From contig OZ024755.1 in assembly GCA_964016885.1 (NCBI GenBank), positions 7,440,001 to 7,504,000 on the forward strand: a DNA stretch of 64,000 nucleotides, read 5' to 3'. Shown here in pieces: positions 1-12,600 of this stretch (positions within the stretch are counted from its first letter, which is position 1; the number at the start of each line of letters is the position of its first letter). Source of the DNA: Eledone cirrhosa. Taxonomy: Eukaryota. Below the pieces are notes generated by a model. The model made no database searches and was not told the origin of the DNA. It saw only the letters and a list, made by a program, of their open reading frames with translations. The position numbers and the translations under genes are program-made.

Positions 1-43
1 TATTCAGTTATATAGTGGTCAATATGGTACTGAGACACAGACA

Positions 44-152
44 CACATACATACATACATACATACATACATACATGTGTGTGTATGTGTGTATGTATGT
101 ATGTATGTATGTATGTATGTATGTATGTATGTATGTATGTATGTATGTATGT
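44..152. repeat. Compound (CATA)n/(GTAT)n microsatellite, head-to-head inverted
   Basis: catacata... followed by gtatgtat... directly visible. Confidence 0.95.
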
Positions 153-221
153 TTATCTCGGGTTCAATCGAGCTTAACCACAGTAAGTAAAGTATTTAAT
201 ACATAGCAGAGTATAAATATT

Positions 222-307
222 TAATATGGAAATGTCTTCTACAGGACTAGATCTATTTCATTCGGGAGAAATCATGATTTCTCCCGAATGAAACAGAAGC
301 CATTTCC

Positions 308-313
<6 letters not shown>
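222..313. repeat. Inverted repeat/hairpin with perfect 38-bp palindromic core (256-293)
   Basis: tttcattcgggagaaatca|tgatttctcccgaatgaaa is self-complementary; outer arms taatatggaaatgtcttct (222-240) and agaagccatttccatatta (295-313) pair with 1 mismatch. Confidence 0.9.

Positions 314-357
<44 letters not shown>
312..357. repeat. (TA)n microsatellite abutting the Penelope-like element
   Basis: direct reading. Confidence 0.95.
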
Positions 358-359
<2 letters not shown>

Positions 360-572
360 ATAACAAGTTATCGTTATAAGTAATCGAGTTAGAGGTTGTG
401 AGTGCTCTGCGTCGTGGATAGTTTTAACGTACGGCTTTTTTTTACTCAACAAGATGCTTCCATAGTTATGCAGCGAGTTCGCGGTAATTTCTATGCAGGT
501 TATACTTGGAGTAATAATAGTTAAAGAATGACGATTAACATAGTTGGCTGTGAAATAAGGGCTTTATTTAAA

Positions 573-683
573 GTATTGACAATTGTTTCGTTGATCATGT
601 GGGTCTAGAGCTCGCTAATCGCTTGAGGTTGCGTTATTCGATCTCCAATACATTATTCACCTCTTGTCAACACACCAGAGTAC
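573..683 (-). ncRNA. Degenerate type-I hammerhead-ribozyme-like motif in PLE terminal region
   Basis: Minus strand: gtact-CTGGTGT-gttga..(long stem II)..tcaac-GAAA-caattg-TC-aatac; core differs from CUGAUGA at 2 positions. Confidence 0.5.
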
Positions 684-1039
684 GTAGATATGAAAGTAAT
701 TCACTCGAGGCAAGACTTATATAGAAAAATAGCATATAATTAAAACAATAACATCAATAATAAAATAGCGTATAATCTAAACAATAACATCAATAATAAT
801 ACACATATGGTAAATAGGTAGAGAAGTTACAGATGTAAAATATAAGATAGGGTACATTAAAAAGTAAGAAAATGAGAGAATGGAAAATATAAAGAGGTAA
901 ATAAATAAATAAGTGAGAGCGTGTAAGTACATAGTAGTAGTTTTTGAGTAAGTGTTCTTATAAGGATTCGTTGGTAGGAAACTAGATTCGAGATGTACAT
1001 AGAAACGTGTAGAGGGTCCGATAAAAGAGACAATAAATT

Positions 1040-2614
1040 AGAGATTAATTGCTGGATGCAAATGGTTCTTCATGGCGTGTCTGTGGACGTACCACCTTTT
1101 CTTGAACTTGCCAGTCGTAGAACCTATGTAGTGCCAGGTAGAATTGCCTGAATTCACAGTACATAGGTATACCATACTTAAATCCAGGCATCTATTCCGT
1201 AGTGGGCACTTCTCCGGTAGGTGGCAATTACAATTTGAGGTTTTATTTTGTGCAGGTTCATCGTTGCGGTTTTGTAAATTTTTGGGGGTGGGTTGTGATT
1301 TAGGCCTATTAATGTTTTGTTGTGATGTCTTCTGATGCGTTTGTGGTTGTGATGCTGTTTGTGTTTTGTATTTGGTGCTATGGTGCGTGTTGGTAGGTTA
1401 ATTTCTTTAGAGATATTTTTCTGATTGATCTTACGTATGTGCGATTCTATGTTGGCTGCAGTAGAGTAGGAAAGTTTTATAGTTTTTCTATTAAAGATTT
1501 TATGGTATTTGTGTAGTGTAGGGAAGTGCTTACCTATTAGTTTAAAGAATGTAGAAGGTAGTTTAGTTTTTATAGAGCAGTTGAATATTGGATTGAACCA
1601 TAGGTACTTTCTATCTCTGGATATTCTATAGTATTTGGGGCTCCTTATATTAGTGTTCTGTTCGGTTATTTTTGGTGCTCATTGTCTAACTCTATGCTTA
1701 GTCCTATGCTTTTTATTTCTATATGAGCGGGTAGTGTTGCTGTCGTTAGGTTTGTTATTGTTGTCTCTATCTAGTATGTATTCCAGCTTCTCTTTATGTC
1801 CAGCCTTATGTAAAGCTATGTTATAATAGTTTGCGTGTTCGTTAAACATTTCTAGGTTCGAAGATAGGCGGGATATTCTGAGGGATATAATATGTGCTAT
1901 GGAGTTAATTATGAATCGGGGGTGGTTTGAGTTATAACTAATGTAGGCTAGATTTTCGTTATTCTTATGGAAGGGTTCTATTAATCCCGTGTTTAGGTTG
2001 AGAGTTACATCTAAGAAATTTGCTTTTTTAGAGTTAAGTTCGAAAGTGATACCTAGGCCTAGTTTTTTGAAGAATACTCTGTTTTTTCTTAATCTTTCCA
2101 TGTTCTATCAGATATTTTCAGTCTTTTTACTATGCTAAGTCCTTCCTTATTAATGCTAGTGAGTGCAGATTCTGTTGTTGTTTTTTTTGTATTTTTTGTA
2201 CAATTCCCGGCGTATAAAATTATTGTATGTATTGAGGCTCATTGTGTATACGTTTGATATTTTGTCTGCTTTTACTATAATACCGTTGGTGTTGCGTATT
2301 TTTTTTTAGTAGTGCATTGATGTCGTTTTGCAACTTGTTGTGATGTGTCTGTTTTTTTAATTTAGTTCCACTTATCATGTTCATGAGGTCGAGTTCGAAG
2401 GCATTGAGCTAGGGGTTATTTTGCAGGAATTGAATCCGTATTTTTCCCTAGTAAATTCCTCCGTGTTATTAGCGTGTCCTTTGTCGTAATGGTAGGCCTT
2501 CCATCGGATTCGACGGATGAAATCATTTGTACGCTGTATCATGCCGAGTGTATAGTCCTTGTTTGTAGGTATAGGTATGTTTTTCAGTGACATGCCTATG
2601 TGGTGCTTTTCCAT
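1040..2614 (-). pseudogene. PLE polyprotein remnant: N-terminus, RT thumb, CxCx5C linker, truncated GIY-YIG endonuclease; RT palm deleted near 2101
   Basis: ORFs 2381..2614 and 1679..2101 plus the frameshifted downstream GIY-YIG motif (MVY...YIG); stops and frameshifts; jumps from ...LKISDR to ERLRK, skipping the RT core seen in the 47.9-kb copy. Confidence 0.85.
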
Positions 2615-2812
2615 GTTAGTACCGTGCGTTAAGGTTATTGCTCAACCTAGTGGGAGCTGGGTATATGGGATAACAAGTTATCGTTATAGGTAATCGAGTT
2701 AGAGGTGTATTTTATTTAACTTTGTCTTGTTTATCTAAACACTTTTTTTAATAAAACCATGTATAACGTTTTATTAGCTTATTTCATCGTAAACATCGAT
2801 TGTTTTCTACCT

Positions 2813-3626
2813 TACTCGCTAACACTTTCACTCTCTCACTCTTGTTGTTCCCCCTCTCTCTCTAATAAATACCCCCCCCCTTCTCTCTATATGTACTCTT
2901 TCACACACACACACACACACGCACACGCACACGCACACGCACACGCACACACGCGCACGCGCGCGCGCATTGATATATAGGTATATATCAACGTATATAA
3001 ACACAAACATATACAGAAATATACAGACATATAAAACGTTTGAAATGGTGGCAAAATTCCCCCAATATCAATAGCTCTTGATTACAAAATGCTAAACATA
3101 GCAGATTAACCTCCCTACAACCGCAGAACATGCTAGAAATAGCAGCTAAAGTATTCCTCAAATTACACATCCGATGCCATGTTAAATGCTAGAAACAGCA
3201 GAAAAATAACGTCTTCTAGTGACATTTTAAATAACAACGAAATTTCCTTCAAGTTATAACGGTAATGGTGTTAGAAACTGCTAGAAAAAGCAGCCAAATC
3301 TACGCGTAAACATATAAACTGTTAGTTAAAATTCCCCATAAATATATAGATTTTAATATAAATTCGAGAATCGTAATCTACATATTTTAATACGTATCTC
3401 TACAAAATTTCAATTAAAAAGATGCAATATTAAGAAAGTTATTAAAGAAACAATATAGGAGGGGGGGGGGATTTAATCATATAAAAAGTTACGGTCAATG
3501 GGAAATAACTCAAAAAAAAATATTTGAACGATTTACTTGCCCTTGAAAACGCTAAAACCTACCGCCTAACCGGCCAGCCAGTTGTAATGGCGTATAGCTG
3601 GCCGGTTAGGCGGTAGGTTAGGGAAG
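2813..3626. repeat. Satellite head module copy 1 (CT-rich start, (CA)n, palindrome, AT-rich body, perfect 23-bp hairpin)
   Basis: Near-identical to 16460-17274 (offset ~13640-13648). Confidence 0.92.
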
Positions 3627-6600
3627 GTTCAACTACGTAGTCAGTACTAATGTTCAACATGATAGCCAGTACATATGCCAACCACCCAACCGGCCAGCCA
3701 GCCGTAATAGCGGTTGGTTGGTTGGTTGGGCGGTTGGTATAGGGAAAGTTCAACTACGTAGTCAGTACTAATGTTCAACATGATAGCCAGTACATATGCC
3801 AACCACCCAACCGGCCAGCCAGCCGTAATAGCGGTTGGTTGGTTGGTTGGGCGGTTGGTATAGGGAAAGTTCAACTACATAGTCAGTACTAATGTTCAAC
3901 ATGATAGCCAGTACATATGCCAACCACCAAACCGGCCAGCCAGCCGTAATGGCGTTTGGTTGGTTGGTTGGGCGGTTGGTATAGGGAAAGTTCAACTACG
4001 TAGTCAGTACTAATGTTCAACATGATAGCCAGTACATATCCCAACCACCAAACTGGCCAGCCAGCCGTAATGGCGTTTGGTTGGTTGGTTGGGCGGTTGG
4101 TATAGGGAAAGTTCAACTACGTAGTCAGTACTAATGTTCAACATGATAGCCAGTACATATGCCAACCACCAAACTGGCCAGCCAGCCTTAATGGCGTTTG
4201 GTTGGTTGGTTGGGCGGTTGGTATAGGGAAAGTTCAACTACGTAGTCAGTACTAATGTTCAACATGATAGCCAGTACATATGCCAACCACCAAACCGGCC
4301 AGCCAGCCGTAATGGCGTTTCGTTGGTTGGTTGGGCGGTTGGTATAGGGAAAGTTCAACTACGTAGTCAGTACTAATGTTCAACATGATAGCCAGTACAT
4401 ATCCCAACCACCAAACTGGCCAGCCAGCCGTAATGGCGTTTGGTTGGTTGGTTGGGCGGTTGGTATAGGGAAAGTTCAACTACGTAGTCAGTACTAATGT
4501 TCAACATGATAGCCAGTACATATGCCAACCACCAAACTGGCCAGCCAGCCGTAATGGCGTTTGGTTGGTTGGTTGGGCGGTTGGTATAGGGAAAGTTCAA
4601 CTACGTAGTCAGTACTAATGTTCAACATGATAGCCAGTACATATGCCAACCACCAAACCGGCCAGCCAGCCGTAATGGCGTTTGGTTGGTTGGTTGGGCG
4701 GTTGGTATAGGGAAAGTTCAACTACGTAGTCAGTTCTAATGTTCAACATGATAGCCAGTACATATCCCAACCACCAAACTGGCCAGCCAGCCGTAATGGC
4801 GTTTGGTTGGTTGGTTGGGCGGTTGGTATAGGGAAAGTTCAACTACGTAGTCAGTACTAATGTTCAACATGATAGCCAGTACATATGCCAACCACCAAAC
4901 TGGCCAGCCAGCCGTAATGGCGTTTGGTTGGTTGGTTGGGCGGTTGGTATAGGGAAAGTTCAACTACGTAGTCAGTACTAATGTTCAACATGATAGCCAG
5001 TACATATGCCAACCACCCAACCGGCCAGCCAGCCGTAATGGCGTTTGGTTGGTTGGTTGGGCGGTTGGTATAGGGAAAGTTCAACTACGTAGTCAGTACT
5101 AATGTTCAACATGATAGCCAGTACATATGCCAACCACCAAACTGGCCAGCCAGCCGTAATAGCGGTTGGTTGGTTGGTTGGGCGGTTGGTATAGGGAAAG
5201 TTCAACTACATAGTCAGTACTAATGTTCAACATGATAGCCAGTACATATGCCAACCACCAAACCGGCCAGCCAGCCGTAATGGCGTTTGGTTGGTTGGTT
5301 GGGCGGTTGGTATAGGGAAAGTTCAACTACGTAGTCAGTACTAATGTTCAACATGATAGCCAGTACATATCCCAACCACCAAACTGGCCAGCCAGCCGTA
5401 ATGGCGTTTGGTTGGTTGGTTGGGCGGTTGGTATAGGGAAAGTTCAACTACGTAGTCAGTACTAATGTTCAACATGATAGCCAGTACATATGCCAACCAC
5501 CAAACTGGCCAGCCAGCCGTAATGGCGTTTGGTTGGTTGGTTGGGCGGTTGGTATAAGGAAAGTTCAACTACGTAGTCAGTACTAATGTTCAACATGATA
5601 GCCAGTACATATGCCAACCGGCCAGCCAGCCGTAATGGCGTTTGGTTGGTTGGTTGGGCGGTTGGTATAGGGAAAGTTCAACTACATAGTCAGTACTAAT
5701 GTTCAACATGATAGCCAGTACATATGCCAACCACCAAACTGGCCAGCCAGCCGTAATGGCGTTTGGTTGGTTGGTTGGGCGGTTGGTATAGGGAAAGTTC
5801 AACTACGTAGTCAGTACTAATGTTCAACATGATAGCCAGTACATATGCCAACCACCCAACCGGCCAGCCAGCCGTAATGGCGTTTGGTTGGTTGGTTGGG
5901 CGGTTGGTATAGGGAAAGTTCAACTACATAGTCAGTACTAATGTTCAACATGATAGCCAGTACATATGCCAACCACCAAACCGGCCTGCCAGCCGTAATA
6001 GCGGTTGGTTGGCTGGTTGGTATAGGGAAGGTTCAACTACGTAGTCAGTACTAATGTTCAACATGATAGCCAGTACATATGCCAACTACCAAACCGGCCT
6101 GCCAGCCGTAATAGCGGTTGGTTGGCTGGTTGGGCGGTTGGTATAGGGAAAGTTCAACTACGTAGTCAGTACTAATGTTCAACATGATAGCCAGTACATA
6201 TGCCAACCAACCAACCGGCCTGCCAGCCGTAATAGCGGTTCGTTGGTTGGTTGGGCGGTTGGTATATGGAAAGTTCAACTACGTAGTCAGTACTAATGTT
6301 CAACATGATAGCCAGTACATATGCCAACCACCCAACCGGCCTGCCAGCCGTAATAGCGGTTCAGTTGGTTGGTTGGGCGGTTGGTATAGGGAAAGTTCAA
6401 CTACGGAGTCAGTACTAATGTTCAACATGATAGCCAGTACATATGCTAACCACCCAACCGGCCTGCCAGCCGTAATAGCGGTTCAGTTGGTTGGTTGGGC
6501 GGTTGGTATAGGGAAAGTTCAACTACGTAGTCAGTACTAATGTTCAACATGATAGCCAGTACATATGCCAACCACCCAACCGGCCTGCCAGCCGTAATAG

Positions 6601-9600
6601 CGGTTCAGTTGGTTGGTTGGGCGGTTGGTATATGGAAAGTTCAACTACGTAGTCAGTACTAATGTTCAACATGATAGCCAGTGCATATACCAACCACCCA
6701 ACCGGCCTGCCAGCCGTAATAGCGATTCGTTGGTTGGTTGGTTGGGCGGTTGGTATAGGGAAAGTTCAACTACGTAGTCAGTACTAATGTTCAAAAAAAT
6801 AGCCAGTTCATATGCCAACCAGCCAACCGGCCAGCCAGCCGTAATAGCGGTTGGTTGGTTGGTTGGGCGGTTGGTATAGGGAAAGTTCAACTACGTAGTC
6901 AGTACTAATGTTCAACATGATAGCCAGTACATATGCCAACCACCAAACTGGCCAGCCAGCCGTAATAGCGCTTGGTTGGTTGGGCGTTTGGTATAGGGAA
7001 AGTTCAACTACGTAGTCAGTACTAATGTTCAACATGATAGCCAGTGCATATGCCAACCACCCAACCGGCCTGCCAGCCGTAATAGCGGTTCGTTGGTTGG
7101 TTGGTTGGGCGGTTGGTATATGGAAAGTTCAACTACGTAGTCAGTACTAATGTTCAACATGATAGCCAGTGCATATGCCAACCAGCCAACCGGCCAGCCA
7201 GCCGTAATAGCGGTTGGTTGGTTGGTTGGGCGGTTGGTATAGGGAAAGTTCAACTACGTAGTCAGTACTAATGTTCAACATGATAGCCAGTACATATGCC
7301 AACCACCAAACTGGCCAGCCAGCCGTAATAGCGCTTGGTTGGTTGGGCGGTTGGTATAGGGAAAGTTCAACTACGTAGTCAGTACTAATGTTCAACATGA
7401 TAGCCAGTACATATCCCAACCACCAAACCGGCCAGCCAGCCGTAATGGCGGTTGGTTGGCTGGACGGGCGGTTGGTATAGGGAATGTTCAACTACGTAGT
7501 CAGTACTAATGTTCAACATGATAGCCAGTACATATCCCAACCACCAAACCGGCCAGCCAGCCGTAATGGCGGTTGGTTGGCTGGACGAGCGGTTGGTATA
7601 GGGAATGTTCAACTACGTAGTCAGTACTAATGTTCAACATGATAGCCAGTACATATGCCAACCACCAAACCGGCCAGCCAACCGTAATGGCGGTTGGTTG
7701 GCTGGACGGGCGGTTGGTATAGGGAATGTTCAACTACGTAGTCAGTACTAATGTTCAACATGATAGCCAGTACATATGCCAACCACCAAACCTGCCAGCC
7801 AGCCGTAATAGCGGATGGCTGGTTGCTTGGGCGGTTGGTATAGGGAAAGTTCAACTACGTAGTCAGTACTAATGTTCAACATGATAGCCAGTACATATGC
7901 CAACCACCAAACCTGCCAGCCAGCCGTAATAGCGGTTGGCTGGTTGCTTGGGCGGTTGGTATAGGGAAAGTTCAACTACGTAGTCAGTACTAATGTTCAA
8001 CCTGATAGCCAGTACATATGCCAACCAACCAACCGGCCTGCCAGCCGTAATAACGGTTGGTTGGTTGGTTGGGTGGTTGGTATAGGGAAAGTTCAACTAC
8101 GTAGTCAGTACTAATGTTCAACATGATAGCCAGTACAATAGCCAACCACCAAACTGGCCAGCCAGCCGTAATAGCGGTTGGTTGGGCGGTTGGTATAGGG
8201 ACGTTCAACTACGTAGTCAGTACTAATGTTCAACATGATAGCCAGTACAATAGCCAACCACCAAACTGGCCAGCCAGCCGTAATGGCGGTTGGTTGGTTG
8301 GTTGGGCGGTTGGTATAGGGAAAGTTCAACTACGTAGTCAGTACTAATGTTCAACATGATAGCCAGTACATATGCCAACCACCAAACCGGCCAGCCAGCC
8401 GTAATGGCGGTTGGTTGGTTGGTTGGGCGGTTGGTATAGGAAATGTTCAACTACTTAGTCAGTACTAATGTTCAACATGATAGCCAGTACAATAGCCAAC
8501 CACCAAACTGGCCAGCCAGCCGTAATGGCGGTTGGTTGGTTGGTTGGGCGGTTGGTATAGGGAAAGTTCAACTACGTAGTCAGTACTAATGTTCAACATG
8601 ATAGCCAGTGCATATGCCAACCACAAAACCGGCCAGCCAGCGGTAATAGCAGTTGGTTGGGCGGTTGGTATAGGGAAAGTTCAACTACGTAGTCAGTACT
8701 AATGTTCAACATGATAGCCAGTACATATGCCAACCACCAAACCGGCCAGCCAGCCGTAATAGCGGTTGGCTGGTTGGGCGGTTGGTATAGGGAAAGTTCA
8801 ACTACGTAGTCAGTACTAATGTTCAAGATGATAGCCAGTACATTATGCCAACCATCCAACCGGCCAGCCAGCCGTAATAGAGTTTGGATGGTTGGTTGGG
8901 CGGTTGGTATAGGGAAAGTTCAACTACGTAGTCAGTACTAATGTTCAACATGATAGCCAATACATATGCCACCCACCAAACCAGCCAGCTAGCCGTAATA
9001 GAGTTTGGTTGGTTGGTTGGGCGGTTGGTATAGGGAAAGTTCAACTACGTAGTCAGTACTAATGTTCAACATGATAGCCAGTACATATGCCAACCACCAA
9101 ACCGGCCAGCCAGCCGTAATAGCGGTTGGCTGGTTGGGCGGTTGGAATAGGGAAAGTTCAACTACGTAGTCAGTACTAATGTTCAACATGATAGCCAGTA
9201 CATATCCCAACCACCAAACTGGCCAGCCAGCCGTAATGGCGTTTGGTTGGTTGGTTGGGCGGTTGGTATAGGGAAAGTTCAACTACGTAGTCAGTACTAA
9301 TGTTCAACATGATAGCCAGTACATATGCCAACCACCAAACTGGCCAGCCAGCCGTAATGGCGTTTGGTTGGTTGGTTGGGCGGTTGGTATAGGGAAAGTT
9401 CAACTACGTAGTCAGTACTAATGTTCAACATGATAGCCAGTACATATGCCAACCACCCAACCGGCCAGCCAGCCGTAATGGCGTTTGGTTGGTTGGTTGG
9501 GCGGTTGGTATAGGGAAAGTTCAACTACGTAGTCAGTACTAATGTTCAACATGATAGCCAGTACATATGCCAACCACCAAACTGGCCAGCCAGCCGTAAT

Positions 9601-12600
9601 GGCGTTTGGTTGGTTGGTTGGGCGGTTGGTATAGGGAAAGTTCAACTACGTAGTCAGTACTAATGTTCAACATGATAGCCAGTACATATGCCAACCACCC
9701 AACCGGCCAGCCAGCCGTAATGGCGTTTGGTTGGTTGGTTGGGCGGTTGGTATAGGGAAAGTTCAACTACATAGTCAGTACTAATGTTCAACATGATAGC
9801 CAGTACATATGCCAACCACCAAACCGGCCTGCCAGCCGTAATAGCGGTTGGTTGGCTGGTTGGTCGGTTGGTATAGGGAAGGTTCAACTACGTAGTCAGT
9901 ACTAATGTTCAACATGATAGCCAGTACATATGCCAACTACCAAACCGGCCTGCCAGCCGTAATAGCGGTTGGTTGGCTGGTTGGGCGGTTGGTATAGGGA
10001 AAGTTCAACTACGTAGTCAGTACTAATGTTCAACATGATAGCCAGTACATATGCCAACCAACCAACCGGCCTGCCAGCCGTAATAGCGGTTCGTTGGTTG
10101 GTTGGGCGGTTGGTATATGGAAAGTTCAACTACGTAGTCAGTACTAATGTTCAACATGATAGCCAGTACATATGCCAACCACCCAACCGGCCTGCCAGCC
10201 GTAATAGCGGTTCAGTTGGTTGGTTGGGCGGTTGGTATAGGGAAAGTTCAACTACGTAGTCAGTACTAATGTTCAACATGATAGCCAGTACATATGCTAA
10301 CCACCCAACCGGCCTGCCAGCCGTAATAGCGGTTCAGTTGGTTGGTTGGGCGGTTGGTATAGGGAAAGTTCAACTACGTAGTCAGTACTAATGTTCAACA
10401 TGATAGCCAGTACATATGGCAACCACCCAACCGGCCTGCCAGCCGTAATAGCGGTTCAGTTGGTTGGTTGGGCGGTTGGTATATGGAAAGTTCAACTACG
10501 TAGTCAGTACTAATGTTCAACATGATAGCCAGTACATATGCTAACCACCCAACCGGCCTGCCAGCCGTAATAGCGGTTCAGTTGGTTGGTTGGGCGGTTG
10601 GTATAGGGAAAGTTCAACTACGTAGTCAGTACTAATGTTCAACATGATAGCCAGTACATATGCCAACCACCAAACTGGCCAGCCAGCCGTAATAGCGCTT
10701 GGTTGGTTGGGCGGTTGGTATAGGGAAAGTTCAACTACGTAGTCAGTACTAATGTTCAACATGATAGCCAGTGCATATGCCAACCACCCAACCGGCCTGC
10801 CAGCCGTAATAGCGGTTCGTTGGTTGGTTGGTTGGGCGGTTGGTATATGGAAAGTTCAACTACGTAGTCAGTACTAATGTTCAACATGATAGCCAGTGCA
10901 TATGCCAACCAGCCAACCGGCCAGCCAGCCGTAATAGCGGTTGGTTGGTTGGTTGGGCGGTTGGTATAGGGAAAGTTCAACTACGTAGTCAGTACTAATG
11001 TTCAACATGATAGCCAGTACATATGCCAACCACCAAACTGGCCAGCCAGCCGTAATAGCGCTTGGTTGGTTGGGCGGTTGGTATAGGGAAAGTTCAACTA
11101 CGTAGTCAGTACTAATGTTCAACATGATAGCCAGTACATATGCCAACCACCAAACCGGCCAGCCAACCGTAATGGCGGTTGGTTGGCTGGACGGGCGGTT
11201 GGTATAGGGAATGTTCAACTACGTAGTCAGTACTAATGTTCAACATGATAGCCAGTACATATCCCAACCACCAAACCGGCCAGCCAGCCGTAATGGCGGT
11301 TGGTTGGCTGGACGGGCGGTTGGTATAGGGAATGTTCAACTACGTAGTCAGTACTAATGTTCAACATGATAGCCAGTACATATGCCAACCACCAAACCGG
11401 CCAGCCAACCGTAATGGCGGTTGGTTGGCTGGACGGGCGGTTGGTATAGGGAATGTTCAACTACGTAGTCAGTACTAATGTTCAACATGATAGCCAGTAC
11501 ATATGCCAACCACCAAACCTGCCAGCCAGCCGTAATAGCGGATGGCTGGTTGCTTGGGCGGTTGGTATAGGGAAAGTTCAACTACGTAGTCAGGTACTAA
11601 TGTTCAACTACGTAGTCAGTACTAATGTTCAACATGATAGCCAGTACATATGCCAACCACCAAACCTGCCAGCCAGCCGTAATAGCGGATGGCTGGTTGC
11701 TTGGGCGGTTGGTATAGGGAAAGTTCAATTACGTAGTCAGTACTAATGTTCAACATGATAGCCAGTACATATGCCAACCACCAAACCTGCCAGCCAGCCG
11801 TAATAGCGGATGGCTGGTTGCTTGGGCGGTTGGTATAGGGAAAGTTCAACTACGTAGTCAGTACTAATGTTCAACATGATAGCCAGTACATTATGCCAAC
11901 CATCCAACCGGCCAGCCAGCCGTAATAGAGTTTGGATGGTTGGTTGGGCGGTTGGTATAGGGAAAGTTCAACTACGTAGTCAGTACTAATGTTCAACATG
12001 ATAGCCAATACATATGCCACCCACCAAACCAGCCAGCTAGCCGTAATAGAGTTTGGTTGGTTGGTTGGGCGGTGGGTATAGGGAAAGTTCAACTACGTAG
12101 TCAGTACTAATGTTCAACATGATAGCCAGTACATATGCCAACCACCAAACCGGCCAGCCAGCCGTAATAGCGGTTGGCTGGTTGGGCGGTTGGAATAGGG
12201 AAAGTTCAACTACGTAGTCAGTACTAATGTTCAACATGATAGCCAGTACATATGCCAACCACCCAACCGGCCAGCCAGCCGTAATGGCGTTTGGTTGGTT
12301 GGTTGGGCGGTTGGTATAGGGAAAGTTCAACTACGTAGTCAGTACTAATGTTCAACATGATAGCCAGTACATATGCCAACCACCAAACTGGCCAGCCAGC
12401 CGTAATGGCGTTTGGTTGGTTGGTTGGGCGGTTGGTATAGGGAAAGTTCAACTACGTAGTCAGTACTAATGTTCAACATGATAGCCAGTACATATGCCAA
12501 CCACCCAACCGGCCAGCCAGCCGTAATGGCGTTTGGTTGGTTGGTTGGGCGGTTGGTATAGGGAAAGTTCAACTACGTAGTCAGTACTAATGTTCAACAT

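Larger units (their letters stand above)
358..2706 (-). mobile_element. Penelope-like retroelement (PLE), internally deleted, with short direct terminal repeats (pLTR remnant)
   Basis: 39-bp direct repeat ggataacaagttatcgttata(a/g)gtaatcgagttagaggt at 358-396 and 2668-2706; minus-strand PLE peptides SLKNIPIP..FIRRIRWKA, FLDVTLNL..PFHKNNENLAYISYNSNHP, WFNP, CNCHLPEKCPL..C..MVY..YIGST; adjacent to (TA)n. Confidence 0.88.

Noticed and set aside
15-452. Short ORFs with HT/YI/CMYV repeats (also at 2759, 54870, 58084, 63788)
   Set aside because: Microsatellite translations
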